From NCBI RefSeq assembly GCF_006345805.1, contig NC_043013.1, forward strand, positions 4,464,001 through 4,528,000: 64,000 nt of DNA. The letters run 5' to 3'. Under the pieces are notes generated by a model. That model had not been told where the DNA came from. It made no database searches and saw nothing but the letters and a program-made list of their open reading frames with translations. Positions 1 through 11,519 of the stretch are shown piece by piece. Position numbers and translations under genes: made by a program. Numbering within the stretch: position 1 is the first letter of the stretch; the number at the start of each line of letters is the position of its first letter. Source of the stretch: Octopus sinensis (taxonomy: Eukaryota).

Positions 1-800
1 AGAACAAAAAATAGACAGATTTTCACAAATGCAGATATGAACTGCAAAAGCAGAAATTTGATCTACTGCATTAAATACCCTAATTGCGAGGAACTATACA
101 TTGGCATGACAGGGAATGCATTATGGGAACCCTCACGAGTTCACAGACAACAAATCCGAAAGGCTAATGTTCGTCAAATTTCATTGAGCGAACATATGTT
201 TCTAATTTTTCATTTCCATAAACTACATGACAGGAGTGAGGTTGGAAGAAAAATAAAGGGAAAGTGTTTCATTAAAATGTTCAAACCTGTTCAAAATGTT
301 CAAACAGAAATAACAACAATAATATAACCACCAGTTTATGATGTGGATTAAAAAATATCTTTAACATATGAATATAAGCAAATGACAGAAGACTTCTACA
401 GATTGAAATAAAAACGATCGAAACCAACTAAGATTATTCACTCATAAAACCATTACATGTAAATCGCAAACTAATTGGTTAAAATATGGGCGGGATCTAT
501 GCCAATAATATCGGTGCCAGGAAAATTGTGACGTTTAAGGTGCACAGTGATTGGTCAAAACTATATTCCAAAACTTCTGCTGGTCAGAGCCTTCTAAAAA
601 GTATAAAAAGGAAAAGGAAGAAATCAGTCATTTTACTACAGTTGTCAAGCACTCAGCTCAACTGTCAGTCAATACATTTTGAAATCTGATGAATACTACG
701 AACGTATGAAAGCGCTAATTCAACTTTATGAACATTACTAAATACTTTTTTTTTATGTTCAACACACTTCAACATTGTAAAAATTTCTTTTGAAGTAATA
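1..800 (+). mobile_element. Penelope-like retroelement 3' relic (GIY-YIG endonuclease plus 3' region)
   Basis: ORF 37-327 reads CKSRNLIYCIKYPNCEELYIGMTGNAL..SRVHRQQI, the PLE GIY-YIG pattern; an HHR motif follows at 679-723. Confidence 0.8.
679..723 (+). ncRNA. Minimal type I hammerhead ribozyme motif (PLE-type)
   Basis: TTGAAAT-CTGATGA-ATAC tacgaac GTAT-GAAA-GCGC-TA-ATTCAA: intact core, 4-bp stem II, palindromic stem III, stem I with one bulge. Confidence 0.75.
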
Positions 801-840
801 CAAAAATTGAAAACCAGACGATGTTGTAATTTTATTCAAC

Positions 841-851
841 ATATATATATA

Positions 852-920
<69 letters not shown>

Positions 921-944
921 TGTATGTATGTATGTATGTATGTA
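841..944. repeat. (TA)n/(TATG)n microsatellite
   Basis: Direct reading. Confidence 0.95.
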
Positions 945-1984
945 TCAAAAGAAAAACAGGACGCAAAGGATTTTGCGGTACATATGTTTCGGGCTTTATT
1001 GAACGACTTATATCAATGCATAATTGATATCACAGGTAGATCAAAAGCTTTCTTCAGCCGCGTACAATTACCACACCAAAGACATGTATCACATTATTGC
1101 AGGTTTGAGAAAAAGTTTGGGAAAAAACCGAGTATTATTGGGAAAGCAAATCCTCATAGACTTACATGGTATTGCGAGACTCCAAAGCAAATCGTCCATA
1201 CCGTTTTTTCAATGCACATACACCTACTCGTGTACAATAGTGCGAGTATACCTTCAAATAATTTGTTAAATCATCTGATAAGGTTTTAATAACAGGTAGA
1301 GTTGTGGTCGCTGATTTATTTATTTATCTATTTGTTTCTATATTTTACAAGCAAGAGTATATCTGCATTGCATTGCTTCGCACTTAGACACGCATTAATA
1401 TTTTGATATATAGCAGATAGGTTTAAATAGTCTAGTCGAATGTGCATTTGGAGACCCCGCTAAACTTGCCATTAAGCATATTTTGGTAAACCGGAATACT
1501 TTCAGTACAATCATTTATTCCCCTGTTATTTATGATCATTGCCAGGCAACATTAAAGGATACGTCCAAATAGAATTCAAATTTTCTTCCCTTCAATGAAC
1601 TTTAAATCTCGTTTCTAGATCGTTAATGTCTGATGACAAAATATAGTTATTTCAACTGCGTTTATAACTATATTCTCAAACGCTATTTTGTCCTATAGCA
1701 CATTACTAGCGTTACAAACTAATAGAACTGTGTCAGCGGTTTTAGATGAGCGTGTTATTTTATAACTACTTCATAGATATAATATCTATACGCTTTGACA
1801 TTTTTTATCGTTATGAACATACAATGAAAGCATCATTCATTACTAATCTAAAACTTAAAAGAATTTCCGATCATGCCTGTTGATTGAAGTAGTCCCTCTA
1901 ATTATCATTGGCTTACAATTGTTTCTAATCAGCTTAAATCCAGTGCAATATCCTGACAACACCATAATACGAAATTGCTATATT

Positions 1985-2254
1985 TGTTGTTTGTTTGTTC
2001 CTTCTCGAGCCATGCCTGGCTCATAAGGGCCAGTTTCCCGGTCCGTCGCAGGTGAGCTGCAAGATGCAGGAGGAAAGAGTGAGAGAAAGTTGTGGCGAAA
2101 GAGTCAGCAGAAGTTTCGCCATTACCTTCAACCGGAGCCGCGTGGAGCTTAAGTGTTTCGCTCATAAACACACACATCACCTGGTCTGAGATTCGAACCC
2201 GCGATCCCTCGACAGCGAGTCTGCTGCTCTAACTACTAGGCCATGTGCCTCCAC
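1985..2254 (-). mobile_element. tRNA-derived SINE (head type C) with 13-bp TSD
   Basis: Minus-strand A box TGGCCTAGTAG and B box GGGTTCGAATC; (CAAA)n tail; TSD AAATTGCTATATT at 1972-1984 and 2255-2267. Confidence 0.9.
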
Positions 2255-2614
2255 AAATTGCTATATTGACAGATTATGTCTCCTGTATAAAGGTGAATAC
2301 AGGAATGGTCAGTAAGAGTTAACACAAGTTCCATCTTCTGTAATTGGTACTAAATAAAAGAACGAAAATACAGTCTTTTAATTTCAGATCTGCATATAAA
2401 AATGGGTAAAACTATGGATATTCCAAGTAAAATTATTTATGCACAGAAGTGCACGCTCATGCAAAAAAGTGCTTGTATGCAGATATGCTGACCTCTACGT
2501 TTCTCTTTACACACGCATATATATTTCTCTCTTTCTTTCTCATTTTCTCCCCCTATCCCCTCCTCCTCTCTCTGTTTGGCGCTTTCTCTCTTTTTGTATT
2601 TATGTATGCATGTA

Positions 2615-3030
2615 TGTCTTTAGAGGACACCCACATGCTACAACAGGCATTGTATGATGAGCTGGAGCAACGAAAACGTCCGCAGAGCAAGCCATGCAAG
2701 TATTTCAAAGACAATCTTAAAGCCACTCGTAAAAAGGTCAATATCGATATTAACAACTAGGAAGATCTTGCATCAGACAGTATACTGTGAAGGAATCCGA
2801 TCGCTACTGATGTTAAAGAATCTGAGAACAACAAGTTGAAACTTGCAAGCAAATATATGGAAGAGGTAAGTCTTCTCTCTAAGAAGAGCACGAAAGAGTC
2901 TCTTTCGTGTGACCAGTGTATTCATGTCTGCTTCTGAACGGCAAGTCTACACAGTCGCAAATCTAGTCACAGAAACAGCCCCAACATGCAGTATGACATG
3001 TAACATGATCTCTCATGCCAGTGGACTAAC
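2615..3030 (+). mobile_element. RTE-clade LINE 3' fragment
   Basis: QQALYDELEQRKRPQSKPCKYFKDNLKATRKKVNID followed by a decayed C2H2 finger, typical of the RTE C-terminus. Confidence 0.75.
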
Positions 3031-3054
3031 TTCGCCTTATAAATCCCAATATGT

Positions 3055-3554
3055 ATAGGGTGATCAACCCAAGTGTAGACATTTATTTTTCTTAAATTTA
3101 ATTAATGTTTCTATTCTTATTTCAGAAATTTAATACTCTTAACATTTAATGTAGTACTGAAGCTAATTTATACTTGAAATTTAACATACTTGAAGCTAGT
3201 ATTTAAACTAGTATAAGTGAAAAAAGTAAAGTAGCTGAAGTGCTATTCAAGAGAGGGAAATCTCCTAGCGAGATTTTTCAAGATTTTGAAACCCACTGCA
3301 ATCAAATAAATAAAAGAGACTGTTTCTTGTTTACTAAAAGTGAGAACTATTCCAGGTCGATCAGTGCGAACTCAAATACTCAACAAAAACACCAACGAAA
3401 AAATCAGGTGTAACTCAAAAAGGGGCATTAGAAAATTTGCTTCAGAAACTGGTACAAGCTTTGGAACTATGCATAATTTGTACAATATATCAAAAGCAAA
3501 TCTTTGGTCTGAAACGACAAAGAGAAAAAGACTGCAAAAGCTGAGAGATGGCAC
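3055..3554 (+). mobile_element. Tc1/mariner (DD37D-like) transposase 5' relic
   Basis: GRSVRT...IRCNSKRGIRKFASETGTSFGTMHNL...SETTKRKRLQ resembles the HTH region; begins with a TIR-like TA-TAGGGTGATC. Confidence 0.6.
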
Positions 3555-3566
3555 GTAGCCATCTAT

Positions 3567-3974
3567 CATCATCATCATTGTTCAACCGTGGTCGAGACAA
3601 TGGAATTTACCACGCTACGCCAGACTTCACGATCCATCATAGCATTACGGAGGTCCTGTTGCTGGATGCCCGTATCCCTGGAGATTACATCAGGGTAGGA
3701 GAGTGTCCACCCTCTGGTATTGCGAGTAGATGGCTTCTAGAGGAGAAGAGTAGAAATTACCTCGTTTCCAGCTCTACAACAATGTCCAGCAAACTGGACT
3801 CTCCTACCTTTCACAAGAGATGACACAGGTGGTAGTTTCCCATGTATTTGTATTTTGGTTGGATGACGCTTCCACAAGAGATTTTGAGCTCTCATAAGGA
3901 GGCGAGTGTAGGTTCCATTCAACCGCCTCTCAAGCTTCTTTGATAACGTCCAGGTTTCTGAGCCATATAGTATA
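3567..3974 (-). mobile_element. 5'-truncated RTE-like LINE with TSD
   Basis: ILYGSETWTLSKKLERRLNGTYTRLLMRA...RRVQFAGHC; (TGA)n tail; TSD GTAGCCAYCTAT at 3555-3566 and 3975-3986. Confidence 0.9.
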
Positions 3975-4121
3975 GTAGCCACCTATACCGTACACAGATG
4001 AAAAGTTATTCAGTGTGCAAGCGTGCGACAATCCATAAAATGATCGTATAGTTCTCATCAGTTCTCATCTTACTGGCCTGGGGTTAAAGGGTAACTCGCC
4101 ACGTCGGTTCATGAGAATAAG

Positions 4122-4176
4122 ATCCACTGAAGAGAACTAAGATTAGATTCAGAGTTTGAAATCACGTGATATGGAT
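4122..4176 (+). ncRNA. Type I hammerhead ribozyme motif, canonical core
   Basis: ATCCA-CTGAAGA-GAACT..AGTTT-GAAA-TCACGTGA-TA-TGGAT: 5-bp stem I, 5-bp stem II, palindromic stem III; predicted cleavage after A4171. Confidence 0.85.
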
Positions 4177-4372
4177 ATATCTGCGCTTCATTTATGAGCT
4201 TTATCTCACCAAGGTAAGGTGTACTCGCTTCTTCGATTTCAGCTTATGCTTTTTGTGGCTTTTTGAGTTGTTTTTCACTCTTATTTCTAGCAGTTCTGGT
4301 ATTATTTTGTGTCCTTGTTTATTAATTTTGCCTTTCGGTTTGAATTGCTAACAGGCCGCCTATATCATAATA

Positions 4373-4665
4373 TAGGGAGAGTTTACGAAAAAAACAAAAG
4401 ACGAAAACAGGTGGTGTAACCTCTCTTTACTCATTTTCAAAAAAAACTATTTAGGGAGAGTTTACGAAAAAAACAAAAGATGAAGACAGGTGGTGCACAA
4501 AACAAACAGATGTATTAGTATAACGCTCAGGAATAGAAAAAGTCTATTACGTTTCGAACCTGCGCTCTTCTACAGAAAGGGACACAGAAAAAACAAGGAG
4601 AGAAACAAGGAGAGAAAAAAAAGAGAAAAAATGTATGTAGTGGCTAACGATCTATCATGGCGACT
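4373..4665 (-). mobile_element. ~200-bp (TA)n-associated repeat with HHR-like motif (4544-4579), probable PLE pLTR derivative; partial duplicate at 4373-4420
   Basis: Homologous to 39200-39361, 48860-49050 and 50958-51108. Confidence 0.75.
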
Positions 4666-4666
4666 G

Positions 4667-4700
<34 letters not shown>

Positions 4701-4739
4701 CCATCTGTGTATTGTCCTTAATGGAAATATAATACGAAA

Positions 4740-5162
4740 GGCAAATTAAGTGTAGTCTCATCCCGGAAATAATATCTTTTACGGACGTGCTATGTGTAAA
4801 AACATTAATATTATCAGTAGCAAGCGAAAATGATCAAGCAGTGGTGGTGAAAATGATAGATGTGCATTTCTGATTTTTTTTTACTTTGCCTGAAGCAAGT
4901 ATCCATTGGAAAGCATATACTAAAGCAAAGTCCAACGTTACTGATAGAGGAAAATTGTGATTGAAAAATCGTTGATGTTGGAGTTAGCCGCCAGGGTAAT
5001 CTCTTAAGCTACTGACAAAACCTTTAGAGGGAGAAATGCGGTTCTAGCTTTCTCATCACTACTGCTGAGCGATTTTCCGCTGCTACTGATAAATTTGTGT
5101 TTTTAACCATAGAACGTTCGTAAGAGATATTATCTCCGGACGAATACTGCAATTAATTTGCG
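4740..5162. mobile_element. MITE/foldback with ~90-bp imperfect TIRs
   Basis: GCAAATTAAGTGTAGT..CCGGAAATAATATC..TTATCAGTAGCAAGCGAAAAT is mirrored at 5072-5161. Confidence 0.7.
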
Positions 5163-5475
5163 GTGATGTATTCGCATTAAGATGCCTATTTTAATGTAAG
5201 ACTGCTTCTGTTGCATATAACATATTTTTATATATGCATATTTATATCCATATACATACATATATACATACTCTCTCTCACACACACACACACACACGCA
5301 CACACATACACACACAAAATCGATACATAGATAGATATACTGATGGCGTCCGCTGGCGGATAGTCAATCATATGTTCATAATATTTTGTAGGATTAGAAG
5401 CTTCAATTCCTAATTAAGGTATAAAAGACGCAGAGAATACACATATTCATTTTTTTTTATTGTTTACTCGTTTCA

Positions 5476-5695
5476 ATGTGTGTGTCTGTCTGCATGTATA
5501 TAGACATATACATACGTGTGCGTGTGTGTGTGTGTATGTATTATGTATGTAGTATGAGTGTATGCATGCATGTATGTATGTGTGTGTATGTATGTATGTA
5601 TGTATGCATGCATGCATGTATGTATGTATGTATGTATGTATGTATGTATGTATGTATGTATGTATGTATGCATGCATGTATGTATGTGTATGTAC
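5476..5695. repeat. (TG)n/(TATG)n compound microsatellite
   Basis: Direct reading. Confidence 0.95.
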
Positions 5696-6059
5696 GTTTG
5701 TATATTCAAATTTAATCCTTTTAAAATCAGTTCTACTCAGAGTTCCTTGTTCCCGATCTTCGGAGGTCGAATGATGAAATCATTTGAAGTTTGATTATGT
5801 TTCGGCTGTTTTTATTCTATTCATATCATGTTGAAAACAACCTGGCGGGAATTATGAATTCACATTTGGCTATACATGGATATGTAGAAAATACGAAGTT
5901 AATACAAATACGGATTTTGTAGTCCTCTGTAAATATTCTTATGAATAATTACTAAAGCGATCCTATTAATGGAGAATCTTGACTGGTGCTTAATATATGC
6001 TTTCGTTGTGAGGCGATTTTACTGTGGAGAAGATGTGTAAACTATTGTAGACACACACA

Positions 6060-6190
6060 CGGCTGTATGGCGATCTTGAGTTCAAACGTAACGCGCATGA
6101 CTTTGGACATGTGTCTTCTACTATACCTGGGTTGAGCAAAACCTTGTGAGGGAGTTTGGTGAACAGAAATTAAAAGAAGCACGCCGTAGA
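6060..6190 (+). mobile_element. Old SINE type A head fragment
   Basis: Diverged match to GTGTCTTCTACTATA..AAAGCCTTGTGAGTGGATTTGGT..AAAGAAGC. Confidence 0.6.
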
Positions 6191-6353
6191 TATATATATA
6201 TATATATAATATATATATATATTATATATATATATATATATATAGATATATATATATATATACATACATACATATATATGTACAGAGAGAGAGAGAGAGG
6301 CAGAGACAGGGAGAGAGATATAGATAGCTTGATAGACAGACAGACAGACAGAA

Positions 6354-6446
<93 letters not shown>

Positions 6447-6469
6447 CATAGGTAGACAGACAGACAGAC

Positions 6470-6522
<53 letters not shown>

Positions 6523-6600
6523 TAGATAGATAGATAGATAGATAGACTTACATACATGTATGCATGCACACACACACACACACACACGCACACACACATG
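6190..6600. repeat. (TA)n-(GA)n-(GACA)n-(GATA)n-(CA)n compound microsatellite
   Basis: Direct reading. Confidence 0.95.
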
Positions 6601-6803
6601 CATAACACGAGGATGGATGTCTACAGAGTTTAATGGTAGATCACGACGTACGTTTCTGCACACCATATCACCTTCAAGGTGCAAGGTTCATATTCATATA
6701 GCATTATATAAGGTTCCTCTTAATAACTATGTATTTAAATATTGTTTAACTACAGGTGCAAGTAGCCGCTTCATCGAGTGAAGTCCCATATACGTACATA
6801 CAC

Positions 6804-6877
<74 letters not shown>

Positions 6878-7256
6878 GCGTGTGCGTGTGTGTGTGTGTG
6901 TGTGTTATCAATAATAAAGAGCAAGAATGATGGAATGGAAATGTGGTTTTTTGCATTGTTCATATCTAACTCCGAAACGCGTCCACAGTTAATCAAATTG
7001 CCGGGTGAATTCGTTGTTTTTTCTCTTTGCCTACGTGGAGTGATTTGAGTATATGTTATCTGGGAGATTTTCTTATGGTAGAGAAATAGCTAGTTTTTTT
7101 TTTTTTTTTTTGGCTGCTATTTCTAAATTTCGGTGAAGCAAATATTTTTGCTGAACCCTAATTATAATTATACTCATAATTATAAAAATTATATATATAT
7201 TACGTTTATGTATTCGTTTTGCAAAATTCTTGATGTGAACTCGTGTGTTGAAACAG

Positions 7257-7659
7257 ATATTGTTGTATTTGGGGATGGTCATATTACCAATTCAGCCAAT
7301 GAAAACACACGCACTATATATTTGGTTTTCACTTGCTTCAGATTTATTTCATATTAATTGTATTTCGGCCAAAGTTCTTTCGTCACACATCTGGTACCTC
7401 ATCAGTGGTCCTTTGCCTTCTTCTTTCTTTTTTGTGTCTCTCCTTCGTAATAAAATGGCAGATCGTTTGGAAGGAGGGACACAAAAAAGAAAGAAGAAAG
7501 CAAAGGACCACTGATGAGGTCACAAAAGTGTGAAGAAAGAACTCTGGCCGAAATACAATTAATATGAAATAAATCTGAAGCAAGTGAAAACCAAATATAT
7601 AGTGCGTGTGTTTTCATTGGCTAAACTGGCAATATGACCATCCCCAAATACAATAATAT
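7257..7659. repeat. Long palindrome, ~190-bp arms with 23-nt spacer
   Basis: 7257-7446 is the reverse complement of 7470-7659 with few mismatches; abuts (TA)n. Confidence 0.95.
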
Positions 7660-7723
7660 ATATATATATATTATATATATATATATATATTCGTATACCT
7701 ATAACGAATCTCCTCAAATATAT

Positions 7724-7809
<86 letters not shown>

Positions 7810-7902
7810 GAAATGAAGAAAATGCTGACAATAATTGAAGTAATTTAAGTAATTTAATTAGGTGAAAGTTCTTTTTACCGGTTGCGCATTTGTTATGCTT
7901 AT

Positions 7903-8007
<105 letters not shown>

Positions 8008-8117
8008 TGTATTTATTTATAGAGCGTTTGAAGTGGTGTACCGATATTGTATATTAAGGAAAAGGAGGCAGTCAAAATTTTGGATAATTCTTTATTAGCG
8101 TTTTCATTCACCTAACC

Positions 8118-8461
8118 CAGTGGTTCTCAACTGCTATCCATATCGCCTCTGAGTGTCCATATATGACTTTTGGGAGTCCAGACAACAAAATAGCAAATCA
8201 GGAATCCACAGTAGTATTTTAAGGGCCCCTGAAAAAAGTGTTGTTTTATATGTATGTATCGGTATTTATTGCAAGAAACGGCTAGGTTTCTTTAACATTT
8301 TACATAGTTAAACCTACCCATATTAATGTGTGGAAAACAAACTAGGAATTTTGAAAGACGTTTCTATAAAACTGGTTATCAAACATCGAATGGCTATGGG
8401 GGTCCGCCAGAATAAAATAGTAATCAAAGCTCTATGGATAAAATAAGGTTGAGAAGCCCTG
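8118..8461. mobile_element. hAT (Charlie-like) MITE
   Basis: TIRs CAGTGGTTCTCAAC / GTTGAGAAGCCCTG; 8-bp flanks ACCTAACC and GTCTAACC. Confidence 0.8.
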
Positions 8462-8865
8462 GTCTAACCGAACTCTTCAAGAACAATTAAAACTAAAATC
8501 ATATTAGAACGTTTCTTCGTCGTTTATATTAATCGAAAATTGGATGATTTTTTTTTGTTTTTTGTTTTGTTTTGGTTTTTTTGTTGTTGTTTGGTTTAGA
8601 AGAGGAGAAAAATCTGTTGTTCGGTGAAAGGGAGAATGAGAGGAAGCGGGACAATTGAGAAAGAGAAAGAAAAGCAAAGAAGGGGACAAGATAGACCGAG
8701 AGAATGATGTTTCTTTTCCATTATATTGTATCGATGTGGTCAACCAATTGAAATTTAATTACAATTCAAGATGTTATTCTTGATTCAATCATGGTTTTCG
8801 AAAGCATCTTTTCTCTCTCTCCTTTTTCCTCTCATTATATACATACCAACATATTTGTAAATATA

Positions 8866-9092
8866 TTTCTTTACTGCCCACAAGGAGGCTAAACATAGAG
8901 GGGACAAACAAGGACAGACGAAGGGATTGAGTCGATTATATCGCCCCCCGTGCGAAACTGGTACTTCATTTATCGACCCCGAAAGGATGAAAGGCAAAGT
9001 CGACCTCGGCGGAATTTGAACTCAGAATGTAAAGACAGACAAAATACTGCCAAGCATTTTGCCCGGCGCACTAACGTGTCTGCCAGCTCACA
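8866..9092 (-). mobile_element. tRNA-derived SINE type B (Nin/Deu-like central domain)
   Basis: B box GAGTTCAAATTCC, then GTCGACTTTGCCTTTCATCCTTTCGGGGTCGATAAA; many copies in the window. Confidence 0.9.
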
Positions 9093-9285
9093 TTTCCTCA
9101 TCATATACGTATTTTTGTGAATAAGGAAGGGGGGAGAGGAGGAGAGTAGAAGGTATTGGCTAAATGACCTTTCAAAATGTCGATTTTACGAAGAAGGATG
9201 GGAAAGGTAAGAAAAAAGGGAAGAGCAGAAGAAGAAGATGAAGGGGAAAGACAGGAGCTTCTTTTAAATTATATTTTATTGGTAT

Positions 9286-9647
9286 ACTCTTTTACCTGTT
9301 TCAGTCATTTGACTGCGGCCATGCTGGAGCACCGCCTTTAGTCGAGCAAATCGACCCCGGGACTTATTCTTTGTAAGCCCAGTACTTAATCTATCGGTCT
9401 CTTTTGCCGAACCGCTAAGTGACGGGGACGTAAACACACCAGCATCGGTTGTCAAGCAATGCTAGGGGGACAAACACACACACACATACACATATATATA
9501 TATACATATATACGACGGGCTTCTTTCAGTTTCCGTCTACCAAATCCACTCACAAGGCATTGGTCGGCCCGGGGCTATAGCAGAAGGCACTTGCCCAAGA
9601 TGCCACGCAGTGGGACTGAACACGGAACCATGTGGTTGGTTAGCAAG
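9286..9647 (-). mobile_element. SINE type A (tRNA head, central microsatellite, LINE-like tail), 5'-truncated
   Basis: Near-identical to the other type A copies. Confidence 0.9.
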
Positions 9648-9878
9648 GTCAAGATTCCTGATTTGCTATTTTGTTGTCTAGACTCCCCAAAAATTTTAAT
9701 TACAATTCAAGATATTGTTCTTGGTTCAGTCATTGTTTTCGAAAGCATCCCTTCTTTATTCTTTTTTCTTCTCTCATTCTACACATAATATGTTTGTGAA
9801 TATATAAATATATATACTAGGATTAAAGAAATATCTGTGAGTGAGTGAGTGTGTGTGTGTGTGTGTGTGTGCATATAT

Positions 9879-10293
9879 ACTCTTTTACTCTTTTAATTGT
9901 TTCAGTCATTTGACTGTGGCCATGCTGGGGCACTGCCTTTAGTCGAGAGCAAATCGACCCCGGGACTTATTCTTTGTAAGCCTAGTACTTATTCTATCGG
10001 TCTCTTTTGCCGAACCGCTAGGTGACGGGGACGTAAACGCACCAGCATCGGTTGTCAAGCGATGTTGGGGGACAAACATAGGCACACAAACATATGCACA
10101 CACATACATATATATACATATATATATATACGACGGGCTTCTTTCAGTTTCCGCCTACCAAATCCACTCACAAGGCTTTGGTCGGCCCGAGGCTATAGTA
10201 GAAGACACTTGCCCAATGTGCCACGCAGTGGGACTGAACCCGGAACTATATGGTTGGTAAGCAAGCTACTTACCACACAGCCACTCCTACGCC
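9879..10293 (-). mobile_element. SINE type A, full length
   Basis: Head GGCGTAGGAGTGGCTGTGTGGTAAG, B-box-like GGGTTCAGTCCC, tail (GTAAAAGA)n. Confidence 0.9.
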
Positions 10294-10752
10294 TATGTTT
10301 GTTTAGAAGAGGAGAAAGGAGAGCGATACATATAAATATGTTTGTGGGTATACACATATTTCGAGGACTGAGAAAGGTGATTCTTAAGTGAGAGCAGTTT
10401 CCATTTTGAAGTATGAAATAAATTTAAAGTGTCCAAAGCCCAATGAAAACGTAAATTTTTTCTAATACTGATTGCTTTTAAAATGGTAATGCTAGGAGAA
10501 GGCCAAGCTGGAGCATTCAAGTGCTTGCATTATTTCTCCCCAGTTGTGTTAGCTGAGCACAGCGCCTGTGTGAGCTTGCTACGGAGTGTTCATAATTTGT
10601 TTCATTTGAAGGGGATGTTCACGCATATTGTCTCCACTTCTCTTTCCAACGTTTAGTTTTCGTGAGGAATTTTTGATAAAATGCAGTTCTGTTGCCTTTC
10701 AGAACTTTGGGTCATCACTAAAGGATTTGTAGAAAGAGATTTTAAATATATA

Positions 10753-10942
10753 GGCGCAGGAGTGGCTGTGTGGTAAGTAGCTTGCTAACCAACCACATTG
10801 TTCCGGGTTCAGTCCCACTGTGTGGCATCTTGGGCAAGTGTCTTCTGCTATAGCCCCGGGCCGACCAATGCCTTGTGAGTGGATTTGGTAGACGGAAACT
10901 GGCCGCAGTCAAATGACTGAAACAAGTAAAAGAGTAAAAGAG
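10753..10942 (+). mobile_element. SINE type A with internal deletion
   Basis: Head joined directly to tail at GGAAACT/GGCCGCAGTC. Confidence 0.9.
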
Positions 10943-10950
10943 TATATATA

Positions 10951-11187
10951 TTTCTTTACTACCCACAAGGGGCTAAACACAGAGGGGCTAAACACAGAGG
11001 GGACAAACAAGGACAGACAAAGGGATTAAATCGATTATATCGACCCCAGTGCGTAACTGGTACTTAATTTATCGACCTCGAAAGGATGAAAGGCAAAGTC
11101 AACCTCGGCGGAATTTGAACTCGGAACGTAACGACAGACGAAATACGGCTATGCATTTCGCCCGGCGTGCAAACGTTTCTGCCAGCT
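10951..11187 (-). mobile_element. SINE type B
   Basis: Homologous to 8866-9092. Confidence 0.9.
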
Positions 11188-11218
11188 ACATAGACACACA
11201 CACACACACAAAGAAACA

Positions 11219-11282
<64 letters not shown>

Positions 11283-11290
<8 letters not shown>

Positions 11291-11455
11291 TGTTTGTTCC
11301 CCACCTCCGTGACGTTCAGCAAAGATCCCGATAGAATAAGCGGCAGGCTTTAAAAAATCTGTACTGGGTTCAATCCATTCGAGTAAGAATTCTTCAAGGT
11401 GGTACCTCAGCATCGCCGCAGTCTTAAGACTGAAACAAAGAAAAGATAAAAGAAA
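11283..11455 (+). mobile_element. SINE type A 3' half, diverged
   Basis: GATAGAATAAG...CAGCATCGCCGCAGTCTTAAGACTGAAAC. Confidence 0.7.
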
Positions 11456-11519
11456 TCAGTGTTTGGCAGTCAAATCATTTTCACTATATATGAATTCACG
11501 ACATTAGCTCTTGTCATAT

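Noticed and set aside
1630-1660. Isolated CTGATGA hits (also about 24907 and 58634)
   Set aside because: No paired stem II followed by GAAA.
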